DNA from: Lama glama
Lineage: Eukaryota
Assembly: GCA_028534125.1 (NCBI GenBank)
Contig: CM052832.1
Span: 6,574,001-6,638,000 of the forward strand
Reading direction: 5' to 3'
Length of the DNA: 64,000 bases
Positions within the stretch are counted from its first letter, which is position 1, and every line of letters begins with the position of its first letter. The notes beneath the pieces were generated by a model. That model was given only the letters and a program-made list of their open reading frames with translations, had not been told where the DNA came from and made no database searches. Positions 52,421-64,000 of the stretch are shown piece by piece. Position numbers and translations under genes: made by a program.

Positions 52421-53649
52421 TTTATTTATATTAATGCAGATTAATCAGAGAGCAGAACCAGGGTCTTCCTTTTTGTTGTTCTGTTTTGTTTTGTTTTTTT
52501 TTTTAAAGGATGCAATTCTATTTCAACCTTGGAAAAAACTGTATGGTCTGAGTGAACAACTGTGAAACTTACAGATTGCTTCAATGCAATTTTAATATTT
52601 TTATCAGGAAACAGAAAGGCATAAAAAGCATGAGGAAAAAAGCCTATTTATGTAGCATTTAGAAAAAAATGACAGAACACAAAACTGATTTAAATCTTAC
52701 TCATTCCTCCCTCAGGTTGGTCCGCACACCCCGCCCCCATCTCCCCCACCCCCGCCCTTCTTCCTTCAGTTTTTCCCACTTTTCCTATTATAATCTTTTA
52801 CATTATTGGCATTTTCCTGCCAGGAGACTCGGCCCTGCCGCTATCAGTGACACCGCTGTGAACTGCTTTATTTTGTAAAGCAGAGAGCAGAGACTCTGAC
52901 CGGGGTTAAGTTTGTTGAGCAACAGATCCACCCTAGATTCCGTTGCACATTCAACCGTTTACTGTATGATACCAGCCTCCCACTCCTGTGTTTCCGACTC
53001 TCTCACAAAAGGAGTCCTTGAAGCCCTCTGGCCCCAACTCTGGTGGCTGCGAATCCTGGCAAACCCGTGCGGCCCGCGCAGGGCACCTTCGGCCGCGAGG
53101 GCGGGGCCGCGCCAGGAGTCCAGCCAGAGGGCGCGGCCCCCACCCCGCGCAAGCGCCCCAGGACCCTCTAGGGGCTTCTCGACCTTTCCTCAGCCGGAGT
53201 CGGGGGTTCCGTCAGCTTGTACGCGGAGTCTCGCCCCTCTCCCCCTATCCACCCAGTTTGCTTCTCTGCCAGTTTCTTCTTGGCTGTCGCTGCCCGGACA
53301 CCCTTAGCTTCAGCATCAGCCCCCGACCCAGCCCGACGCCCAAGGATGCCCCCATCCCGGCCGTGACCCTGAGGAGTCCTCCCCGCTGGGACTCCTGGGG
53401 ACGGGCTCTCACGCTGGGTCCCCAGAGAGTCTTCATCCCTTCCTGGGCACCCGGGCTAGAAAGGAGGGGGTGTGGGACTGAGGGCGGGGGCGGGGGGCCC
53501 GGGACGGGGGAGCGGGTGAGGGACCGGGAAGGGCGCGGGGTCAGGCGGGAGGAGAGGAGAGGAGGCCAGACAGGGGCTCTCGGTTTCCCGGGGTCTGATT
53601 GGAGGTTGGCCCGATGAGTCGGAGCTGGGGGCGCGCCCATCTCTGCTGG

Positions 53650-53980
53650 CTCCTGCGAGAGCCTCCGCTCGGCCCCTCCCCGGAGCCGCTTTGTCCCGGG
53701 TGACGGCGGCGGAGGTTGCGGGAGGCCGAGACCCGTGGACACGGGCAGCGGGCGGGAGGCCGAGACCCGTGGGTACGCGCAGCCGGAGCCGGAGCCCGGG
53801 AGGCGGGGCGCGCCGCGCACGGCCCCACGCCCAGGCCCGTGGGCACCGCGCCCGTCCCCGCGCGCGCTCTGCCCCGCCGCCAGGTGTGCAGCCCCGCCGC
53901 GCCCGCAGTCGCCGTCCCCGCCGACCCACCGCCCGAGTCGCCGCCGCCGCCTTCGCCGGCACATCGCGGACGCCCAGCAG
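53650..53980 (+). other. RCAN2: Putative non-coding first exon of RCAN2 (start uncertain, donor at 53980/53981)
   Basis: GC-rich segment downstream of the CCAAT and GC boxes, ending in CAG|gtcggt and followed by intronic G-runs. The TSS cannot be placed from sequence alone. Confidence 0.5.
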
Positions 53981-54204
53981 GTCGGTTATGTAACGGCGCC
54001 CGCCCGCCCGCTCGCCCCGGCACCTTGTCCTGTCCCGCCAGGGCTGTGCGCGGCACCCGGGCCGGGGGACCGCGGCGGGGGGCGGCCGTGCGCGGTCAGG
54101 GTAGGGGGCTGGGCTGGGGGCGGCGGCGGGGTCGGGAGGGGTGGTCTCTGGATCCAGTTCTCAGCCCCCGCGGCGGCTGTGGGCACGGAGGTGTCCCGTG
54201 ACCC

Positions 54205-54218
54205 CCTCTAGAGGGCGC
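54205..54218 (+). promoter_or_regulatory. CTCF-like motif
   Basis: CCTCTAGAGGGCGC fits the CTCF core CCNSYAGRKGGCRS and sits at the edge of the CpG island. Confidence 0.5.
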
Positions 54219-55669
54219 GGGTCTCAAACAGCCCCTTCCCCATTCCTAGTGGCCCACGGGCTCGCCTTTCTAGTAGCAGCAGCAGGTGCGTAAGTGGAGG
54301 AGCGAGAATGACGCCTCTGGTGTCCGGGACTGAGTTTCGGAGAGGGGGTTAGCGGAGGTGGTCTGGACGCAGAGAGCAAACGGGAAAACGGAGACTCCTT
54401 TCCCAGCGCTTAAAGGAAAGTGCTGGGGAAGGGAAGGTGCTCTGAGGCGCAGCGGGCTGGGAATTGTCCTGCCTGGGATTAGCGGGCTTGGGTCATCTAA
54501 AAATAACTTCAAGTTTGAAAAGTGAAATAGAAAGGAGCGCAGTGTGCCGAGTTCGTCTTGCCTGTGGGATGCTTCGCTCTAGAAGTCAGCAGAGGGAACA
54601 GGCAAATCCCAGCCACCTGATCCCTCTGCTGCCTGCTGGTCTCACTGGTTTCCAAGGTGTCTCGGTTTGACTTGTAGTTAATGATTGATTCTCCAAGGCA
54701 CTACTGTCTTTCTCTTATCCCAAAATGAATTAGAGCAGAGTGCGTGCTTTGAATCTTTCCTATCTCCTACAGTAGGATAGAAGTGTTCAATGGACATCTA
54801 ATGAGTCCACTGCCAAAGCTTTTTTTTTTTAAATATCCTTATAGTTAAAAAAAAAAAGAAGTTTCTGGGCTCCCTTTAACATAAGTCCCACAATTGGAGA
54901 TGAAAGATGCTAGAGCATTCCAGTCCACCCTCCTCTCTTCCTGCAGCCAGAATCCCATTTGTCATATGGAGAGAAAAGTAGGACATTTGTAATAAGGCAG
55001 CTCGACTTTCACACATATTACATCAACATCAAAACACGGGGCAAATGTATCACAGGCACAGGGCAACACTTGCTAACTGGCGCCCTCCATTCCGGGAACA
55101 CGGTGGAGTTGGAAACGCCTAGAAGCTGGAAGGGATCAAGAAGCATGTCAGCACTGACTGTAACAAGGCAGGGGAGTGAGCATTTGGCTGCTTTTCAGTC
55201 TATGCATTGATTTTCTGTAGCCTTAGAGCTATTATCTTAAGTACAATCAGTCATTGCATTGAATTAGTCTAGAATGTGAGTTGCACTTTTCTTTCAAATC
55301 CATTGCAAATCAAATCAGTGTTTATTGAACACCTACTACTTGAGTCCAGTCCATACAGTTTTATGAGGGAAAGTGTCCTCAACTAAAGCGACAGGATTCC
55401 AAGACTTCTCAGGATGCCTTATGTGTGCAGGACCTGCAGAACCCAAAGAAATCTGAAATCTGGGAGGAGGTAGCTCTCTCTGCAGTGATGAACAGTTAAC
55501 AGGCATTAAGAGGGAACTTGAGAGCTTTGTCATTTGCAAGTACCCATCACACTCTTTTAAAACCTACGTGCATAATTGTTTGCAGCTAGTCATGTACATT
55601 ATAGAAACTAGTTTTATTGAGATCAACTTTGATAGTCACTGAGTTCTCTTTTTCCTGTTCCTTTTATTT

Positions 55670-56420
55670 TCTATACCATCCACCCAGTTTATTCAGCAGT
55701 TATGTGTTAATTATCTACTGTGTGTTATGTAGTCCCTGTGCCAGAGTCTAAAAGAGTGAGGCCCATGCACTTCAGAAATCAATCTAGCAGAAAGCATAAG
55801 AAAATAAGTGATAATGATCAACATGGTATTTAATGGAGATGGGGACAAACTCAGTGGGATCCCAGGGAAGGAGGGGTACAGGGAGTCTGGAAGAACTTGC
55901 AGAGAAGTTCATGTTTAGACTGGATCTCAGTAGGCAGTAGGAGTTCTCTAGAGAAGAGGCTAGGTGTTCCACATTGAAGGAAAGTTCATGTTCAAAGAAC
56001 TGGAGGTGTTCTGCAGGAGAGTTTGGGAGGAGGTGTTTTGGTGAGCCTGGGTTATGAATACACCCTGCAGAGGAGGAGAGGCCATGCAGCCTTCATGGGA
56101 GGCATGATTTGATCTAATTTGTATCTTGCAAAAGTGATTTTGGATGTAATGAGTGGGTGGGGTTGCAGAAAGGAATGAGCTCAGATTTTAGACCATGGGA
56201 GTGGTCCAGGCAAAAATAAATAAATACAGTTGTGCCTGACTCAAGTAGAATGGGGAAAGAGAAGAGAGATCTACAGAAAGCCATTGCAGAGGGAGAATCA
56301 GTGGCTCTAGATCACCAAGTGGCTGGTGGTGTAGACAGAGAAGCATGGATGTTCAGGTGGATGATCAGTCTTAGGAAGTAAATGAGAAAGATTAAGTTTG
56401 AGAAAGATGGGGAAATTTAG
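55670..56420 (+). mobile_element. L2 LINE fragment
   Basis: L2-like tail (ccatccacccagtttattcagcag...ctactgtgtg) and body (catgatttgatctaatttgtatctt, gtggtccaggcaa). Confidence 0.55.
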
Positions 56421-58520
56421 CTGAAGCTTTTCTTGTAAGATCAGGAAAAGACAAGGATCCCCACTCTTGCCACTTTTATTTAGTGCTGAAAGTCCTAGTC
56501 AGAGCATTTAGGCAGGAAAAAAAAAAGGCATTCAAATCAGAAAGAAGTAAAACTGTTTCTATTTACAGATGAAGTGGTATTATATATAGAAAACCCTAAA
56601 GACTCCACAAAAAACTGTTAGAACTAATAAATAAATTCAGTAAAGTTGCAGAATATAGAATCAATATGCAAAAATCAGTTGCGTTTCTATACACTAAAAT
56701 ACTGTAATAATGAACTATCAGTGAAATTAAGAAAACAATTCCACTTATAATTACTTGCAAAAGAATTAAATACCTGGGAATAAATTTAATCAAGGGGGTG
56801 AAAGGCTCGTTTTCTGAAAACTACAAGACAGTAATGAAAGAAATTGAAGAAGACACAAATAAGTGGAGAGATATTCCATGCTCATGGACTGGAAGAAGTA
56901 ATATTGTTAAAATGTCCATACTACCCAAAACAATCTACAGATTCAATGCAATTTGTATCAAAAGTCTAATGGCATTTTTCACAGAAATAGAATAAACAAT
57001 CTGAAAATTTGTATGGTAGCACAAAGGACCCCGAATAGCCAAGGCAATCTTAAGAGATTGCAAAGCTATAGTAATCAAAACAGTACAGTACACCATACAC
57101 AAAAATTAACTCAAAATGGACTAAAGACTTGAAGGTAAGCCCTGAAACCATTAAACTCCCAGAAGAAAACATTGGGGGTAATTAAGTTCCTTGACATAGG
57201 TCTTGGCAATGATTTTTTAGATTTGTGAGCAAAAGCAAAGGCAATAAAAGCAAAATAAACAAGTGGGACTACATCAAATTAAAAAGCTTCTGCACAGCAA
57301 AAGAAACCATTAGCAAAATGAAAAGGCAACCCATGAAGTGCAAGGAAATATTTGCAAATCAGAGGTTAATGCTCAAAGTGTATAAAGAACTCATACAATT
57401 CACATAGCAAAATAAACAATCCAATTAAAAGGTGGATAGAGGAACTCAATAGACATTTTTCCAAGGAAGACATATAGATGGCCAATAGGTATGTGGAAAA
57501 GTGCTCGTCACTTATCATCAGGGAAATGCAAATCAAAACCACAGTGAAACATCCCCTCACACCTGTTAGAATGATTATCGTCAAAAAACAAGGGATAAGT
57601 GTTGGTGAAGATGCAGAGAAAAGGGAACTTTGGTATGGTGCTGGTAGCAATGTAAATTAGTGCAGCCACTATGGAAAAGAGTATGGAGGTTCCTCAGAAA
57701 ATTAAAAATGGAGCTACCATATGATCCAGCAATTCCACTCGTGCGTATTTATCCACAGAAAATGCAAACACTAACTCAAAGAGATACCTGTATCCCCATG
57801 TTCATTGCAGCATTATTTATAAGATCCAAGCTATGAAAACAACCTAAATGACCATTGATGGATGAATGGATAAAGAAAATGTGGTGAACACACAAACACA
57901 CACACATACCTACACACACAGGAGTATTATTCAGCCACAAAAAGGAGATCATGCTGTTGGCAACAGAATGAGTGACCCTTCAGGGCATTGTGCTAAGTGA
58001 GTAAGTCAGAGAAAGAAAAAGTGCTGAATGACCTCACTTATATGCAGAGTCTAAAAAAACCAAACTCAACAGATACAGAGAATAGATTGGTGGTTCCCAG
58101 AGGTGGGGGTGAAGAAAGCAAAATGGGTGAAGGTGGTCAAAAGGTACAAACTTCCAGTTATAAGATAAGTACATTCTGGGGATGTAATGTACAGCATGGT
58201 GAGTGTAGTTAACAATACTGTACTGTATATTTGAAAGTTGCAAAGAGTAGATCTTTAAAGTTCTCATTTGAAGAAAAAAAATTTAACCATCTGAGCTGAT
58301 AGTGTTAACTAAACTTACTGTGGTAATCATTTTGCAATATATACATGTTACAAATTGTTCTGTTATATACCTAAAACTTTTACAATGTTTTTTATTTTGA
58401 GTAAAGGTAGATTTATTTATTTAGAGAGATACGTACTCCATAGAGTGCAGGCTGTTAAAGAAGGCAAGAGTATAATGTTTTATATTAATTGTATCTCAAT
58501 AAAACTGGGAGAAAAAAAAA
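56421..58520 (+). mobile_element. 5'-truncated L1 (L1MA-type): ORF2 3' part plus 3' UTR and poly(A), decayed
   Basis: ORF2 remnants in the track ([68 protein letters not shown]). Ends tctcaataaaactgggagaaaaaaaaa and has several internal deletions. Confidence 0.93.
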
Positions 58521-58527
58521 GGAAGTA

Positions 58528-58862
58528 CGGTTGATCCTTGAATACCCCACGTTTAAACTGTGCAGGTCCACTTATTTATGGATTTTTTCAATAAATCTGG
58601 TACCTATATTTTCACTTTACAGATCTTTAACTAAGTGTAGGGGAAAAGTTTGTGTTTGTTTAGAGATCGCAATATATGGAATCAAAAGAAGTTGGGTTTG
58701 AGTCTTGATTCTCTCCAGACTGTTTCGGCTGCCTGCTCCTGGGTGAGTCATTTATCAATTCCTTTGTTCTTGAGGCAGAGAGCAATACTTGGGTTTTTCC
58801 ACTTGATTGTAGAGGAAGAGGTTGTGGCTGGCTTAACCCTCGAGTTGTTCAAGGGTCAACTG
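58528..58862. mobile_element. Tigger2-like non-autonomous Tc1/mariner element
   Basis: TA|cggttgatccttgaat ... gttgttcaagggtcaactg|TA: terminal inverted repeats with a TA target duplication. Confidence 0.85.
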
Positions 58863-61800
58863 TAAGTGAGAAAAAGTCATTTTGAGAAAGGTGAGGAATT
58901 TTGACTTTGAATATCCAAATAAAAATACTTGGTAGGCAGTCTTTTTTTTTTTTTTTTAATATAGCAGCTCTTTATTACAGTTTTCATTCATTGAAAGCAA
59001 ATGGCTCTCCTCCAGGCTCGGCACCAGATTTGTTGTGTGACCTCTGCAAGGTCACATCCTCTCTCAGGCTTTAGTAATTTGAAATCGTATATTCATGGGA
59101 GAGGAGTTTGACTAGATGATCTTGGAAGAGTCTCGGTTTTCTGAAGTCCTGCCATCCTGTCTCAAAGTGTCCTACTAGAGCCGTAGATTTAGGTTAAAAT
59201 GAGTCCTGCCTAGTCCCTTTCAGAGTAGGAATGCTTCCAAGAGGATTAACTCTAACGATGGCCTGTCCCTAACAGCTTGATGGGAGCTAGTCCGCAGTGC
59301 CGGCGCTGATGGGGGTGCCTGAGGTTGGAGAAAAACCAGTTCAGGTTGGGGGGGACCCGGAGGAGCACTGAAGTGGAGGAATCCCATAGTCACTGACCAG
59401 TTTCTTTGTTTTAGATGCGTCACTTAAACTCCATGAGACTGAGTTTCCTCATCTCTGAATGATTGGGGTGATGAACACATGTGACGTGAGGCTGTTTGGT
59501 GTAAGGAGTAGAGCAGATGACATACAGCAGGCAGACGCTCAGTGGGTGGGGGTCCGCACCCCTCACCCCCAGGGTAACACGCATGCAGAAAAGGGAGGGA
59601 GAGTGCTTCCGAAGCAAAGCTCCTCCCACTTCACAGTCTTGTCACGGGCCACTCCTCACTGATCGCACTGGGAATTTGAAAACACACAGCGCATTAAATA
59701 CTTTTCAAAATGTGAGTCTCAAGTATTCATTTATAACTTACCCTCTTAGGTAAAAGAGGCGTCCACATTCCACAACACCAAATTTCAAACTCTTCTGTCA
59801 GCTTAGACACAGGCCAAGCTTGCTATAAAGAAATAGTGTTGCTAACGGTTGGATTCCATGATTACAGCCCCAAATGCGCGGGAGGAGGCTGAGCAGCTTC
59901 CTGCTCTGTGCGTGTCTGGGTCTGAGCTGTGCCTCTGACCTCAGGAAGAACCTTCTGCCTTTGCCTGTAAAAGATTCACTGTCTTGTGTCTTTGCTCGTG
60001 TGTTACCAACTGTAGGTTAAATTAACTAGTCAAGCCGAGGATTTTTTTTTTTTTGAAAAGATGGAAGCAGCTTCAAACTCAATTAAAGCTGTTTTTAAGT
60101 CCCTTTGAAAAAATATATGTCACTGTGAATGGTACTTTCGAGACGGTAAAAACAGGTCTCCAAAAATACCTCAAACTTCCTGCAGTTCACAAAGCCCACA
60201 GAAAGTATTTGCTGTAATCAGGATGGGAAGGAACTTGTTTGCATATTTGATTTCCCCATAACAGCCCACTTGAACGCAGGAGACATAGGGTTTCTGCCCT
60301 TCGGAATGTATGCGCAAGAAGATACTGGACGAAAGAATCGTGTCATTTGAGAGCTCTATGCTAGGTTTTATTACTGTTGCCTTAGTTCTTTGTGGGAATA
60401 GCTGCTTTATTGTCTCGTGTGATTGAGATATGCCTCCTACTTTTAAGTTCTTTGAGGGCATGGGCTGTGCGTCAGTCGTCCTCTCACAGTGTTGGGAATA
60501 AAGTAGAAAAAGTGTGGACTTGGCACGAAGCCGCCAGGCTGCCGTCCTGGCGCTGTCACTTCCCAGCTATGTGACCTTGAACTTCCCACTTGACCCAGCA
60601 GTCACAGGAGCTGGCAGGTGCTGAATGCCACCCAGGGTTCCAGACACGGTGCTGAGCAGGCTGCATCTGTTATCTCACTTAATCCTTACAACAACCCCCC
60701 ACCCCCGGGGGGTATTATCATCACTATTTACAGAGGAGCACTGCTCGAGGATCAGGGGGCGTTGAGCCACTCAGTGCTCAGCCTCTGAGTTGCAATTTTC
60801 TGATTGGTATAGTTAGGAAAAGAAGACTCAATTGCTCCACCTTATAGAGTCGTGAGGGTGAGATGTCTTTGAAGGTGCACTGAGAAATAGGATGCTCTGC
60901 ACAAATGTGAGGGATGACTGTCACAGGAAGGACCTCCCGAGAGATCAGATATAGTTGAGCCTGGTGTAGCACCAGGTCTGTGGAGGGAGGGAGCTTCACT
61001 GTACATAAAGTGCCTTTATAGAGTGCATTAAGAAAAGTATTTCTTTGTCCTGTTCTTTGGTAGTTTGTGTTATGATGCCTGTTTCTTTCAAGGATAACTG
61101 GCTTGTTGTCAGTATCCAGACTCAACCAGGCTGGACCTGATGGGGATGGAGCAGGCCAAGGAACTAGGCGACGAAGGAGGATGGAGAGCATGGTTTATAG
61201 GGAAGAGGTAACTGCCAAAGGGCTGTTTGAGTATAAACAGGGAAGGCTGAAGGTTGAAGACAAGGTCAAGAAAGTCATCACCAGTGTTCACATCAAGTGT
61301 GAGCGACAGGTAGGACATGGAATCTGCTCAAGAAGGCTAGGAATATTGCCCAGTGTTAGCTGTGCTCTGTCCACAGAAAAACTAGGAACTCTCTGCCCTG
61401 ATTTTTTTCTAATGTTTTCTTTTTCTTAGATACACGTGCTTTCTATAAAATTTTTGGAAGACATAGAATAGTATAAAGAGAGAAAATTAAAATCACGCGT
61501 ATTACCATGAGCAGAGGATAATTACATTGAGTATTGAGTAGCTGCATAGAGTTTTGCATCCTGTGCACTTCATCAGACATTATTTAAATAACTTTTCACG
61601 GAAAGTCAACAATCCTTATGAACATTGTTTTCAGTAGCCTCCCCGCATTCCCACGAATGATGTTACCAAATTCATCCACCTTCTCCCCTGTAACATTTAG
61701 ATGGTTCCCAATTATCCAGATTATCACAACTAATACTCTGATGAACCTCTTTGATCATCATTTTTTTCTTCTATATTTTGGACCATTTTCTCAGCATTGA

Positions 61801-63249
61801 TTGTTAGAAATAGGATTATTGGCTCAAATAGATGGACCTCCTTTGGGCTTTTCTTGTCTTTTGACGTCATTTTTAATTGTCTTTCTAGGAGGTTGTACTG
61901 ATTAACATTCCCACAAGCAGTGCATGAGAATTCAGTTCTCACCCTGGCCCTGCTTGTAAGCACTCTTTCTGGTGAAGATAAGGGCTGGCTGGCATTAGTG
62001 CTTTCCAAAGATGACCCCGGCTGCTTCACGAGTGCTACTAGGGGGTGGGGCTTCCTCTGTGGGAGTTGAGGGTGGGTGGGTGGGGATCTGGTAGATTTAA
62101 CCTGCTTGAGTGTCAGTGGGAGAGTTGACTTGAGTGAATTAGCTTCTTTCCTGGTGAGTGTGTTACCAGGGGCCTGGCATATGAATGAGTGTGAATTAAA
62201 CTACATAGAATGAGAAGTGAGAACTGGTTCAGTTCGCCTTTCAAATCCTGAAAACTTAAGAGCAAGCATGCATGCTTATTTGCACCTGCTTTTGTTGGTT
62301 TTGACTGGTTCTGCTTCCACTGCTGGCAGGGAATTTCAGGCAAGCTTCAGACAGGTGTGTCTTTTTCACCTTCCACGAAGTGAGATACACTGCAGAGTAA
62401 GCTATTTTGAATAAATCCCTAGAAAAATTAATTGGAATCTTCTTAAAATTCACTTAAGCGGTCATTATTCTAGAATTTTAATTTGATGACTCATCAAATT
62501 AGTCTTTCCCCCAAAAGCCTCTGCATTTACCAGTAGGCTACCAACAACTGTGTTGATCATACTGACCAATTTATTGAGGTAAAAGGCCAATTTGAATTAT
62601 TTTCCCCCAGAAAGTTATCTGAAAGATAGGCTCAATTAATATAATTTATTTTTTACTTTGACTTCTGTAGCTGTTAAAGATAAAGTAATGGCATTTGGCC
62701 AGAACAAATCAAAGGCCAGTTTATACTGTTCTTTTGAGATGTAATCATTTGTCCAGAAAGAAATTATTTGATTACAGGTATCATCATATGAATTTTGAAA
62801 TAGAGGATGGTAAATTCAGATAAATTAGTGGTAGTTCAAACAAAATTTTATCTGTTCAACAGCAAAGTCTCAGCCTTGACAAGCGAAAGCAAGGTACTCA
62901 TTCATGAATATGTTAATTTTTTCCTGCTGTGGCCATTAATGATATTCATTTGATCTTTTATGATGTACAACCAACCATTCATGAAAAGGTTAAATCTTGG
63001 TCAGGGAGGATGTTCAGCACCTGACGTATCATAAATGTGTTTATTCGGTTTCCTTTATTTTCTTATTTTTCTATCTCGTGGTGATTTCTGTTCCACACAC
63101 AGCTGTTGTTTACCATTAAACTTCAGCATTGACAAGGTGACATTTAGGTGAAGCTTTGGATTGAAATATTTGCTTGGTCAGATTTTCAAGGACTCCCTTC
63201 TGACCTTGTGTCCAAGTGCCACAGCTCACAGAGACTCCATGGAGATTCT

Positions 63250-63448
63250 CTTTTTTTAATTGAAGCCGAGTTGATTTACAATGTTGTGTTAGTTTCAGGT
63301 GTACAGCAAGGTGATTCAGTTATGCATACATATATGTATATATTCTTTTTCAGAATCTTTTCCTTTATAGGTTGTTACAAGATATTGAATATAGTTCACT
63401 ATACAGTAGGTCCTTGTTGTTCGTCTGTTTTATACATAGTAGTGTGTA
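63250..63448 (-). mobile_element. Short L1 3' end with clear TSD
   Basis: Poly(T), then aattgaagccgagttgatttacaatgttgtgttag.... TSD tccatggagattct (63236-63249) / tccatggggattct (63449-63462). Confidence 0.9.
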
Positions 63449-64000
63449 TCCATGGGGATTCTTGGCTAACACCCTGGACCTTGGTTTGGTTCTGAGATAT
63501 CACGGATGGGGAGAGGGGATTTCCTTGTCATTCTGGTTCACAACCACACTGAGAGTTCCGGTGTCATTCTGGAAGGTGGGGAAGGTTTGCGCAGCCCCCA
63601 GAGATGTGCAGACTGATTTGGGAAGGTTGTACCGGGTGGGCATGAGATAAATGATAAACCTGAACACCCACCTCGGCTTCCTTAGGTACCAGTTACTTTG
63701 ATTCAAGCCCATAACCACTTCTTGGAGGCTTTCCATTAAGCTGGAAACCGAGGACATCAGGACATTTAGGTTGGCCCTAGGGAGGCTCAGTTATGTGCTA
63801 GTGAAATCATTAATAGCTTACAAGGGACAGGGGACCGGCCGCGGTGGCCCTGTGGGAGAAGGCAGATACGTGGCTTTGCCTGCAGTGCTCTGCTCCTTCA
63901 GGCTCATTTTTATTAAACTGAATGGCTCCCCGGAGGCCACGGGGATCATCCCGGTCGAAAGGGCCCTGTATTATTCATGAAAGGCCTTTCAGGATCTCCA

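Larger units (their letters stand above)
53050..54270 (+). promoter_or_regulatory. RCAN2: CpG island promoter, probably of RCAN2 (regulator of calcineurin 2 / ZAKI-4)
   Basis: Very high GC and CpG density relative to the flanks. GC boxes GGGCGG at 53482 and 53488, and an inverted CCAAT (ctgATTGG) at 53595-53602. The gene name is inferred only from synteny: RCAN2 lies downstream of CYP39A1 on the same strand in human. No RCAN2 coding exon is visible in the window. Confidence 0.75.

Noticed and set aside
52912..54211. Multiple long overlapping ORFs (130-239 aa) on both strands
   Set aside because: Low-complexity Arg/Gly/Pro/Ala translations caused by stop-codon scarcity in a CpG island. No recognisable domain, and the RCAN2 N-terminus is not present.
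56421..58520. Possible active LINE-1
   Set aside because: 5'-truncated, internally deleted and full of stops and frameshifts.

Overview
Mammalian nuclear DNA, most likely a camelid, because it carries a tRNA-Ala-derived SINE matching the Vic-1 family. Positions 1-~18.9 kb hold the 3' end of the cytochrome P450 gene CYP39A1 on the + strand. Four coding exons (1891-1986, 2832-2920, 14662-14749, 17728-17799) splice in frame through the heme-binding FGSGKYQCPG motif to a TGA stop, followed by a 3' UTR. About 34 kb of repeat-rich intergenic DNA follows (L1, L2, L3, MIR, MaLR/ERV LTRs, Tigger/MER DNA transposons, microsatellites). A CpG island at ~53.0-54.3 kb has promoter motifs and 5' splice donors, and by synteny it is probably the RCAN2 promoter and non-coding first exon(s). 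The remainder would then be RCAN2 intron. Nearly all ORFs in the six-frame track are spurious. I found no evidence of a new multi-gene system. The most notable oddities are a charge-reversing change at a normally conserved L-helix glutamate of CYP39A1, a solo LTR packed with promoter motifs, a tiny polyadenylated LTR-like retrocopy inside an L1 tail, a twin-primed inverted L1 stub, and local duplications. Repeat family names and orthologue residues come from my recall of consensus sequences, not from database searches. Boundaries of old repeats are approximate.
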